IMG/VR virus record: IMGVR_UViG_3300020045_002532
Location: 1-39,430 of that record
Length of the DNA: 39,430 nt
Source of the DNA: a virus
Taxonomy: Duplodnaviria; Caudoviricetes
Direction: 5' to 3' (one strand)
Positions 18,165 through 26,197 of this stretch are shown one piece after another; within the stretch, counting starts at the first letter, position 1, and every line of letters starts with the position of its first letter. Both the position numbers and the translations under genes were made by a program. The notes under the pieces were generated by a model that was not told the DNA's origin, made no database searches, and saw nothing but the letters and a program-made list of their open reading frames with translations.

Positions 18165-19005
18165 CACGCTTGATGCTGGCCTTGGCGATGAAGAAGTTGA
18201 ACTGGATGCGCCGGAAATTGAGATTGAGCCAGAAGAAGAGCTGGCGATCACGATTGAGGGCGAGGAACCTGATGTAGATCCTGACGATGATATTGAGGCC
18301 GAACTTGGCGACCGTGGCAAGCGGGCGTTGCAGGCGGCTCGCAAGGCGGCAAAGGAAGCATCTGCCAAGGCTCGGGCTGCTGAAGCCGAACTTGCCGCAA
18401 TGCGCATGGCCCCAGTGGTTGAAGAGCCTGCGTTGGTTGAGCCGACCATTGAAGAATGCGGATACAACGAGGCGCTGTTCAAGCAAAAGTTCCGCGAATA
18501 TACCGCGTCAGAAGCCAAGATTGAGGCGCAAAAGCAGGCCCGTATTGCAGAGGCAAAAGCCGCTGACGATGACTATCAGGCGCGGCTTGGCAAGTACGTC
18601 ACGGGCAAGACCGCAATGCGCGTGGATGACTTTGACGCGGCGGAAAGCATGGTGCGATCCAAGCTGACGATTGAGCAACAGAACGTCTTGATCCGCAACA
18701 GCGATGATCCTGCAAAGACGGTTTTGGCGTTGGGCCGATCAAAGAAGGCGCTGGATGATCTGGCGGCTATCAAGGATATTGACCGCTATGCCTATGCGCT
18801 GGCAAAACTGGAAGGAAAGATCACTGTGACAAGCAAAGCCCCGCCCCCGCCTGAAAGCAAGCTTCGTGGTGGGGGTGCGTCCGGTGGTGGTGGGCCACTC
18901 ACATCGCAGCTTGCAGCGGCGGAAAAGGAAGCCGAGCGCACAGGCGACCGCAGCAAGGTTGTGGCGATCAAGCGGCAGATCAAGGCCGCAGGCGTGAAGG
19001 CTTGA
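18136..19005 (+). CDS. Capsid scaffolding protein
   Basis: Acidic N-terminus, coiled coil, basic C-terminal helix (AERTGDRSKVVAIKRQ); lies between portal and coat. Confidence 0.8.
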   Translation: MLDTQMQDNDTLDAGLGDEEVELDAPEIEIEPEEELAITIEGEEPDVDPDDDIEAELGDRGKRALQAARKAAKEASAKARAAEAELAAMRMAPVVEEPALVEPTIEECGYNEALFKQKFREYTASEAKIEAQKQARIAEAKAADDDYQARLGKYVTGKTAMRVDDFDAAESMVRSKLTIEQQNVLIRNSDDPAKTVLALGRSKKALDDLAAIKDIDRYAYALAKLEGKITVTSKAPPPPESKLRGGGASGGGGPLTSQLAAAEKEAERTGDRSKVVAIKRQIKAAGVKA

Positions 19006-19031
19006 CGTAAACCCGCCGTGGGCGCTATAAT
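19002..19031 (+). promoter_or_regulatory. Near-consensus sigma70 promoter for the coat gene
   Basis: TTGACG-N18-TATAAT. Confidence 0.7.
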
Positions 19032-19132
19032 GTGACCCACGGCCCCGCCTCCGCATTGGCGCGTATTGAAAACAGCCCCGGCCACTGACTTGGCTGCGTC
19101 CCTGAAATCAATCGCACAAACGGAGCGCCAAT

Positions 19133-20401
19133 ATGGCCAACGCATTTTCCAAAGAAGAACGTGTCGCCTTCGATCAACTGCTTGAAGGCTTTCACGACGC
19201 CCTGATCCTGTCCAAAGCGATCAGCGTATTCAGCACCGACAGCACTATGATGGAGCGCGCGCAAGACACGATCTGGCGTCCGCAGCCGTACATCGCCACG
19301 TCGCAAGATCGCGTGATCGGCACGGCGGTGACTGCGCAGAACATGACCCAGCTTTCTGTCCCGTCCACGCTTGGATTTCAAAAGAACGTGCCTTGGACGA
19401 TGAACGCCAAGGAATTGCGCGATGGCCTGCAAAACAGCCGCCTGTCGAAAGCCGCAACGCAGCGCCTGGCCTCGGACATCAACATTTCCGTCATGAACGT
19501 GGCTTCGGCTCAGGGCACGCTGGTTGTGCCGATTGCGACCGCAGCAGGCACCTATGACAACGTAGCGCTAGCTGACAGCCTCATGAACGAGCAAGGCATC
19601 ATGCGCACAGATCGCCACCTTGCGCTGTCCAGCCGCGACTATAACGGCATGGCTGGCAATCTTGCGGCTGTCACCCGTTCGTTCGGCAATGCCAAGTCTG
19701 AGGATGCTTACGAGCGTTCGCAGGTTGGCGAGGTCGCGGGCTTCAACACCATGAAGCTTGACTATGCAAACCGCAGCATTGCCACCACGGCAACCGTGAC
19801 GATTGCGACCAACGGCGCGCAGGTTCGCTATGTTCCGAAGGCTGTCGATCTGACCGTTGCTGGCAAGATCAACGTGGACAACCGCTATCAGACCGTCACT
19901 GTATCGACCACCACGGGCGTTCTGGCTGGTGCTGCGTTCACGATTGCCGGGATTGAGGCGGTGAACCACATCACCAAGCAAAGCACCGGGCAGTTGAAAA
20001 CCTTCCGCGTGATCAGCATTGCAAGCGGCACGACCATGGTTATCAGCCCGCCCATTATCGGCGCAAACTCTTCGCCAACCGATGCAGAGACGCAGTACAA
20101 GAACGTATCCGTTGCCAGCACCTCGGCAACTGCTTCGATCACTTGGCTGAACACCACAGTCTCGAACATCAACCCGTTCTGGCACAAGGACAGCATCGAG
20201 CTTATGCCGGGTCGCTATTCGGTTCCGACTGGCGAAGGTGTGGAAATCATCCGCGCCACCACGGATCAAGGCATCGAGTTGGTCATGGGCAAAAGCTTCT
20301 CGAACTCGACGTTCCAAAGCCTCTACACGCTTGATGCGCTGTGGGGTGTGGTCAACACGAACCCGGAAATGAACGGGGTCCTAATTTGGAACCAAGCTTG
20401 A
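19133..20401 (+). CDS. Major capsid protein (P22 coat protein family)
   Basis: MANAFSKEERVAF...TIWRPQPYI...NVDNRYQ...QLKTFRV...NPEMNG; 422 aa; GGAG RBS. Confidence 0.93.
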   Translation: MANAFSKEERVAFDQLLEGFHDALILSKAISVFSTDSTMMERAQDTIWRPQPYIATSQDRVIGTAVTAQNMTQLSVPSTLGFQKNVPWTMNAKELRDGLQNSRLSKAATQRLASDINISVMNVASAQGTLVVPIATAAGTYDNVALADSLMNEQGIMRTDRHLALSSRDYNGMAGNLAAVTRSFGNAKSEDAYERSQVGEVAGFNTMKLDYANRSIATTATVTIATNGAQVRYVPKAVDLTVAGKINVDNRYQTVTVSTTTGVLAGAAFTIAGIEAVNHITKQSTGQLKTFRVISIASGTTMVISPPIIGANSSPTDAETQYKNVSVASTSATASITWLNTTVSNINPFWHKDSIELMPGRYSVPTGEGVEIIRATTDQGIELVMGKSFSNSTFQSLYTLDALWGVVNTNPEMNGVLIWNQA

Positions 20402-20456
20402 CTTAACAGGATAACAGCGTTATAACTCTACTGTGAAAACATGGAGTTATAACGTG
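20398..20456 (+). promoter_or_regulatory. Endonuclease promoter embedded in an RBS-sequestering hairpin
   Basis: TTGACT(20398)-N17-TATAAC(20421); CGTTATAACTC (20418-28) pairs with GAGTTATAACG (20444-54); TGT-GAAA-ACA apex; GGAG SD and GTG start in the 3' arm. Confidence 0.8.
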
Positions 20457-21179
20457 AACATCTTATACAAGCTGACGTTCTCGAATGGAAAAATCTACAT
20501 AGGGCAGACGGTCAGAAGCATGAATATCCGCACAAGCCAGCATATGACGGCAGTAAAGGCGAATAGCCTGCTTCCCGTTCATTGCGCTTGGCGGAAGCAT
20601 GGTGCCCCTGACATTGAGGTGATTGGGGAGTATGCAAATCAGGATGATCTGCACGCCGCAGAAATATCTACGATTGCAGCGATGAACACCTTAGCCCCTA
20701 ATGGGTACAACATTGCGCTTGGCGGCGGCACTGCACCATCTAAGTCGCCAAGCGTTGCTGCTAAGATTGCTGAGAAGGCTATGGGAAGAAAGCATAGTAC
20801 GCCGCGTCAGCAGGGCATCGCTGAAAAGCTTTGGGAAAACCCAGAGTATCGCGAAAAGGTTTCTGCGGGCCTGAAGGCTGGATGGACAGATGAGCGCCGC
20901 ATCACAACGGCAGCTAAATTCAAAGCCATGTGGGCTAAGCGCAAGGCCGATGGATGGGTTATGCCTCTAGAGACAAAAAAGAAGCTTGCTGATCTGCCTG
21001 TATCCGATGAAGCGAAAGCCAAAATGAGCGCAGCCGCCAAGGGACGTAAGCGCGGACCTATGTCAGAGACGACCAAGGCAGCTATCGCTGAAAAGACGCG
21101 CCAAAAATGGCAAGATCCAGAACATTCATCACGTCGATTGGAAGCCATTCGCGAAGCTAAAGCCAGAAAGGCCACATGA
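20454..21179 (+). mobile_element. Free-standing GIY-YIG homing endonuclease with NUMOD3-like basic repeats
   Basis: ILYKLTFSNGKIYIGQT, R..QH, E and PNGYN catalytic motifs; SDEAKAKMSAAAKG and SETTKAAIAE repeats; more AT-rich than its flanks; start probably GTG 20454 (track gives 20433). Confidence 0.88.
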
Positions 21180-21505
21180 TGCGAACCGTCTTTTCCCCCG
21201 CGTGGGGCGATACCACCAACGTTACCAATGCCATCGCCGCAACCGCGGCTGTTGCGCTGCCCAAGCAGGCGGACGAGGTGATGCTCACCAATACATCCGC
21301 AACCGCGATCACCTATGTGATAGTGACGCCGTATCTGGATGAGGCCACAGTGCCGACAGGGACCGCGCCAACCGCAAGCAACGGCTTTCCAGTCCTGCCA
21401 GCTTCTCAGGTGCGGGTGTATGTCGGTGCGGGCTGCAAGGTGATCCGCACGATTGCCAGCGCGGCTGATGGGGCAATTATCATCACGCCGGGGGTCGGCA
21501 TGTAA
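21176..21505 (+). CDS. Small beta-rich virion protein (possible decoration protein)
   Basis: Position after the coat gene; Thr/Ala/Val-rich. Confidence 0.6.
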   Translation: MMRTVFSPAWGDTTNVTNAIAATAAVALPKQADEVMLTNTSATAITYVIVTPYLDEATVPTGTAPTASNGFPVLPASQVRVYVGAGCKVIRTIASAADGAIIITPGVGM

Positions 21506-21966
21506 TGCCCTGGACGAAAACGCAGATCATCTCGGAGGCGTTCACCGAAATCGGTAAGGGCGATTATTCGTTTGACATGCAGCCAGAGGAATTCCAGTCG
21601 GCATTGCGCAGGCTTGACGCGATGATGGCAACATGGGGCGCGACCGCCAGCATCCGTATTGGATATTCAGGCGGCAATGGCTTTGGTGACATTGGCGTTG
21701 AAACTGAGGTGCCGGATTGGGCTGTGTCCGCGATGTATCTCAATTTGGCGATCAACATCGCGCCGTCCTACGGCAAGACGGTTTCGCCGGATACCAAGAT
21801 CAACGCCAAGATCGCGCTGGATAGCATTATGAACCGCACGACAGAGCGCAGGACGCGCTACATCGGCGGATATGCGGGCGCGGGGAATGGGCCGTATACG
21901 ACGCTGCCAGCGCCTGAAATCTTGATCGAAACGGGCGGCGGTGGCGTTCTAGATATCGAGGTTTGA
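21505..21966 (+). CDS. Head-to-tail adaptor (P22 gp4-like)
   Basis: WTKTQIISEAFTEIG...ALRRLDAMMATW...LAINIAPSYG. Confidence 0.82.
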   Translation: MPWTKTQIISEAFTEIGKGDYSFDMQPEEFQSALRRLDAMMATWGATASIRIGYSGGNGFGDIGVETEVPDWAVSAMYLNLAINIAPSYGKTVSPDTKINAKIALDSIMNRTTERRTRYIGGYAGAGNGPYTTLPAPEILIETGGGGVLDIEV

Positions 21967-21967
21967 C

Positions 21968-23374
21968 GTGGTTCAGGTCCCTATTCTAAGCGGCATCGGC
22001 ACAATCGGGGCTGATTTCAAATCAGAGTACCCACTCAACCTCATTCCGGTGCCGAAGTCGCAGGGAATTTCAGAGGGCTATTTACGGCCCGCAGAGGGCA
22101 TTATCACCATTGCAGACGGTGGCGGGATCAACCGAGGCGGCACCCGCTGGCGTGACGAGCATTACCGCGTGTCGGGCATTAACCTGATCAAGGTGGGGGC
22201 AGACAACACGGTTACAATCATCGGCCCAGTTGGTGCGACGGGCGGCTTTAACTACGCGACCTTTGCGCAAAGCTTTGACTATCTAGCGATCAATGCGGGC
22301 GGCAAGGTTTTCATGTATGACGGCACCACGCTGACGCAGGTGACGGACCCCGATTTAGGCGTGTCACTGGATATCGAATGGGCCAACGGATATTTTATCT
22401 CGACGGATGGCGAGAGCCTGATTTCCAGCGATATCAACGATCCATTTTCCTACAACCTGCTGCGCTATGCGTCGTCTGAAATCAACCCAGACCCGGTTGT
22501 GGCACTGCAAAAGCTACGGAATGAAATCTATGCCGTGAACCGCTACACGATTGAGGTTTTCAGCGCGATCACGAACCCCGGCACGGGTTTTCCGTTCGGA
22601 CGCATTGAAGGTGCGCAGATCATGAAGGGCGCTGTGGGGTCGCGGGCGTGCTGCGAATTCATGCAGGGCTTGGCGTTCTTGGGATCGGGCGATAACCAGC
22701 CGCCTGCGGTGTGGGTGGGTGCGTCCGGGCAGGCGGTGAAGCTGTCCACGCGCGATATTGACGACGCGCTGAAAACATACGCCGATGATGTGATTGAAGC
22801 TGTCGTGCTTGAGGCGCGGGCAGATCGCGGGCATGAGTTCCTATATATCCACCTGCCAGACAAGACCTTTGTCTATGACGGCATGGCCAGCGCCACCTTG
22901 CAGCAACCGATCTGGTTTGTGCTGAAATCTACCAATTCCGGCTATCGCGCGCGCGGCATGGTGTGGTGCTATAACCAGTGGAATGTTGCAGATCCGTTCG
23001 GCTCACTTATCGGGAAGTACTCCGATGATGTGGGGTCGCATTACGGCGATCTGACCATGTGGAAATTCTCAACGCCGGTGATCTATGGCGAGGGCAAAGG
23101 CGTGCAGGTTCACGAATTGGAACTGGTCGCGCTATCAGGATCGGTTGATATTGACGACGATCCGGTGATTGCCACGGAATATAGCCTTGATGGGCTGGCG
23201 TGGTCGCAGCCGCGATACATCAAGGCGGGGCGGCGGGGCGAGCGCAACAAGCGCCTGACATGGGATAAGCAGGGCGAGTTTCGCAACTGGCGTATTCAGC
23301 GGTTCAGCGGCGATAGCAGGGCACATTTGGCCTTTGCACGGCTTGAGGCACGGATCGAGGCGCTCACATGGTAA
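21968..23374 (+). CDS. Packaged DNA stabilisation/tail hub protein (P22 gp10-like)
   Basis: 468 aa; PLNLIPVPK...GYLRPAEG, ASSEINPDPVVA, YIHLPDKTFVYD; synteny. Confidence 0.88.
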   Translation: MVQVPILSGIGTIGADFKSEYPLNLIPVPKSQGISEGYLRPAEGIITIADGGGINRGGTRWRDEHYRVSGINLIKVGADNTVTIIGPVGATGGFNYATFAQSFDYLAINAGGKVFMYDGTTLTQVTDPDLGVSLDIEWANGYFISTDGESLISSDINDPFSYNLLRYASSEINPDPVVALQKLRNEIYAVNRYTIEVFSAITNPGTGFPFGRIEGAQIMKGAVGSRACCEFMQGLAFLGSGDNQPPAVWVGASGQAVKLSTRDIDDALKTYADDVIEAVVLEARADRGHEFLYIHLPDKTFVYDGMASATLQQPIWFVLKSTNSGYRARGMVWCYNQWNVADPFGSLIGKYSDDVGSHYGDLTMWKFSTPVIYGEGKGVQVHELELVALSGSVDIDDDPVIATEYSLDGLAWSQPRYIKAGRRGERNKRLTWDKQGEFRNWRIQRFSGDSRAHLAFARLEARIEALTW

Positions 23375-23592
23375 CGCCCCCCACGCGCAACAGCTTGGCC
23401 GTCATTGCGCATGGTGATCAGCGCGCGGTGAAGTTCTTCGAGGAGGTCGCGGTTGCGATTAATGCGAATGGCGTGGGGGATGCGCGGCCCGATCCGGCGA
23501 TCTTGGGGCAACAGCATTACGACACGACTTTGCTTATCCCGATCTGGTGGAATGGCACAATCTGGACGGATGCGGCGGGGCTTGCCGTATAG
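23368..23592 (+). CDS. Small virion protein (tail-needle position)
   Basis: Overlaps the gp10 stop; C-terminal YDTTLLIPIWWNGTIWTDAAG fibre-like module. Confidence 0.6.
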   Translation: MVTPPTRNSLAVIAHGDQRAVKFFEEVAVAINANGVGDARPDPAILGQQHYDTTLLIPIWWNGTIWTDAAGLAV

Positions 23593-23662
23593 CAATTTCC
23601 GCGCTATTCTAACCCCGCTGCGATCCATTGCACCCCAGCGGGCAACCTTGCAAGGTGAACCA

Positions 23663-24088
23663 ATGGACGCTGCCTATCTTCAATCCCATTTTAATACGCT
23701 GGGCCTGCCACCCGAGGCACAAGAGTATCTCTTGGACCTGTGGCATGTGATCCAACTACTTGACGATGCGCAGGATGGGGATGCGCCTGCAAGCGCTGGG
23801 CCTGTGGCTTGGGCGATCTTTGCGCGTATGCCGATGAACCAATTCTATCGCAACTGCATGGCGTCATTGCAGCCTTTACTCGTCATACAACTGATCAAGT
23901 GGGAAGCCGCGAACGAGGCCGAAGCCAGCGGCAAGGCAGATGCGCGGTCTTACATGTGGCGCGCTGGCTACTATGAAATTGTAGCGATGGCCTGCCATTT
24001 GTGCGGGCTAGACGCCAAGGCAGCGCTGGGCCTGTACGGCGAAACATATGCGCAATATCGGGAGGAATTCCCATGCCAGGACCGCTAG
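23663..24088 (+). CDS. Helical hypothetical protein with a DDxxD motif
   Basis: AAGGTG RBS; promoter TTGCCG-N17-TATTCT at 23582-23610; QLLDDAQDGD. Confidence 0.7.
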   Translation: MDAAYLQSHFNTLGLPPEAQEYLLDLWHVIQLLDDAQDGDAPASAGPVAWAIFARMPMNQFYRNCMASLQPLLVIQLIKWEAANEAEASGKADARSYMWRAGYYEIVAMACHLCGLDAKAALGLYGETYAQYREEFPCQDR

Positions 24089-24744
24089 TCGCGGGGGTTG
24101 TCGGATCTGTCGCTAGTGGCGCAATGCAGTCTAACGCCGCCAAGAAAGCCGCAGGTGCGCAGACCAAATCCGCCAATGCACAGATTGAGGAAAGCCGTCG
24201 CCAGTTTGACTTGGTGCAATCTCTGCTGAAACCCTACGTCAACGCAGGAACAGGGGCGCTGCAAGGCCAGCTTGATCTGATGGGCATCGGCGGCGGTGGG
24301 GATGTGACTGCGGCGGATGCGCAGCGTAATGCAATCAGCGGTCTTGCCAACGGCGAGAATTTTCAGGCGCTGGTACAACAGGGCGAATATGGCCTGATGG
24401 CTAACGCCGCTGCAACGGGCGGGTTGCGTGGTGGCGATACCCAAGGCGCTTTGGCGCAGTTCCGTCCGCAAATGCTGCAAGGGCTGATTGATCGGCAGTT
24501 GGCAAATCTTGGCGGTATCGCAGCTAACGGCCAGAACGCGGCGGCACAGACGGGCACAGCGGCACAGAATACCGGGCAGCAGGTCAACTCGGCTCTTGGC
24601 AATATCGGGCAGGCACAGGCGGGCGCGGCGCTGGCAAGTGGGCAGGCGTGGTCTAACGCTGGGTCTGGCGTTCTTCAAACTCTCGGCGGATTGGCGCAGC
24701 CGACAACGGCGGGCGCGGGCGCTTGGCAGCGGTGGGCATTCTAA
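24073..24744 (+). CDS. DNA ejection/pilot protein (P22 gp7-like)
   Basis: Gly/Ala/Gln-rich; LKPYVNAG...AAATGGLRGG; GGAGG RBS. Confidence 0.8.
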   Translation: MPGPLVAGVVGSVASGAMQSNAAKKAAGAQTKSANAQIEESRRQFDLVQSLLKPYVNAGTGALQGQLDLMGIGGGGDVTAADAQRNAISGLANGENFQALVQQGEYGLMANAAATGGLRGGDTQGALAQFRPQMLQGLIDRQLANLGGIAANGQNAAAQTGTAAQNTGQQVNSALGNIGQAQAGAALASGQAWSNAGSGVLQTLGGLAQPTTAGAGAWQRWAF

Positions 24745-26042
24745 TGGCGGGCGAACCTTTCAACTACACTCTTCCCGGCGCGGTAAACCCCGTCGATGCA
24801 ATGTTCAGCGGAATGCAGTTTGGGCAGCAACAGCGCGCGGGCGAACAAAACATGCAGCTTGCACAATCGCAGGAACAGCGTGCGCAGACGCAATTCGGAC
24901 AGCAGAACGTGATGTTCGATCAAGCACAGCAGGACCGGGCTGCGGCGCTTAAGGCCGCGATGGAGGCCAAGGCACAGGCGCAGAAAATGCAGCAAGACCT
25001 TGCCGGGTTGGCGGGAAAAGTGGCGTCTGGTGCTGCAACCTCGGCTGACTTTACGGCAATGGCGGCGCTGCATCCTGATCTAACCGATGAAATGGCAAAG
25101 ATGTGGGAAGGCCAAACCGCAGAGCGCAAAGCTGCTGACACTGCCAACGTCTACAAGGCTGCGGCGGCGATCAAGGCGGGCAAGCCTGAGATTGCGCTGG
25201 ATATGCTTGAGGAGCGCGCGTTGGCGGCTGAAGCGGCTGGCGACAAGATGGAGGCAGATGTGTCCCGCGCTCTTGCGGCTGGCATCAAGGCTGATCCTTC
25301 GGCTGGGCTGGCAACGCTGGGGCTGCTGCTGCATTCGGTTGATGAAAAAGCTTCGGTTGAGTTGTTCGGGGCACCTAAAGAGGATCTGACCGCTTCGCAA
25401 AAGGACTACAATTTCTATCTCAAGCAGGAACAGGATGCGGGCCGTAAGCCGCTTTCGTTCAATGAGTGGGATCTGCAAGGCAAAAAAGCGTCATCGCCTA
25501 GCACAGTTGTAACCGTTGGCGGCACCAGCACGGACGGCACGCCGAAGGTTGGCCCATCTTTGGCTGAAATGCAGACGAGTGTTGATACGGCGGTAAGCCT
25601 TATTGACGATATTGCAAAAGACCCAGCACTTTCAGGTGTTACTGGCCCTCTTGAGGGCGGTGGCGGCAATGCAGTTGATGAATTCGGCACTGCCAAGCGC
25701 ATGTACTACGGTGGCGAAGGCCTTGCCGTCATCCAGAAGATTGCGCAGTTGCAAAACACCGCATGGCTTGCCGCGCGTGACATGCTCAAGGGCGGCGGCG
25801 GGATCACCGACTACGAAAGCAAGAAGGCCGAAGGGGCAATGGCGCGGCTTTCGAGGGCGCAGGGCGATGCAGAGTTCAAAGCTGCACTGACTGAACTGCG
25901 CGATGCAATCACCGAAGGCGCGGCGAAACTTAAGGCCGCTGGTGTTGCCCCGGTTTCCGGTTCAGGTTCGCCGCCCGCTGATCCTGCTGCGGCTCCGGCG
26001 AAGTCTCTCGACGACCTATTGAAAGAGGTGGAAGGGCTTTGA
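24744..26042 (+). CDS. DNA ejection protein (P22 gp20-like)
   Basis: TAATG overlap; Gln/Ala-rich helical; LKGGGGITDYESKKAE; synteny. Confidence 0.72.
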   Translation: MAGEPFNYTLPGAVNPVDAMFSGMQFGQQQRAGEQNMQLAQSQEQRAQTQFGQQNVMFDQAQQDRAAALKAAMEAKAQAQKMQQDLAGLAGKVASGAATSADFTAMAALHPDLTDEMAKMWEGQTAERKAADTANVYKAAAAIKAGKPEIALDMLEERALAAEAAGDKMEADVSRALAAGIKADPSAGLATLGLLLHSVDEKASVELFGAPKEDLTASQKDYNFYLKQEQDAGRKPLSFNEWDLQGKKASSPSTVVTVGGTSTDGTPKVGPSLAEMQTSVDTAVSLIDDIAKDPALSGVTGPLEGGGGNAVDEFGTAKRMYYGGEGLAVIQKIAQLQNTAWLAARDMLKGGGGITDYESKKAEGAMARLSRAQGDAEFKAALTELRDAITEGAAKLKAAGVAPVSGSGSPPADPAAAPAKSLDDLLKEVEGL

Positions 26043-26169
26043 CCGTGATCTTTAGCGCAAACAGCACGAACACGATTGATCCAGCAATAGCCATTCCAAG
26101 ATCGGAAGTTGCGATCAAGAACATGACGAAAAAGAACGAGGGCACAAGCCAGATGATGATCAATCCCAT
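25930..26169 (-). CDS. Antisense leaderless two-TM membrane protein (superinfection-exclusion candidate)
   Basis: Minus-strand TTGCCA(26204-26199)-N17-TATGCT(26181-26176)-N6-ATG(26169); MGLIIIWLVPSFFFVMFLIATSDLGMAIAGSIVFVLFALK. Confidence 0.6.
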   Translation of the reverse strand: MGLIIIWLVPSFFFVMFLIATSDLGMAIAGSIVFVLFALKITVKALPPLSIGRRETSPEPQQDQRAANLNRKPGQHQRP

Positions 26170-26197
26170 GGCAGAAGCATAAGGCAAAGGCTGAAAA

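Noticed and set aside
20402-21179. Group I intron or intein in the capsid gene
   Set aside because: The coat ORF ends at a normal length, the nuclease directly overlaps the next gene, and there is no room for a ribozyme core and no intein termini
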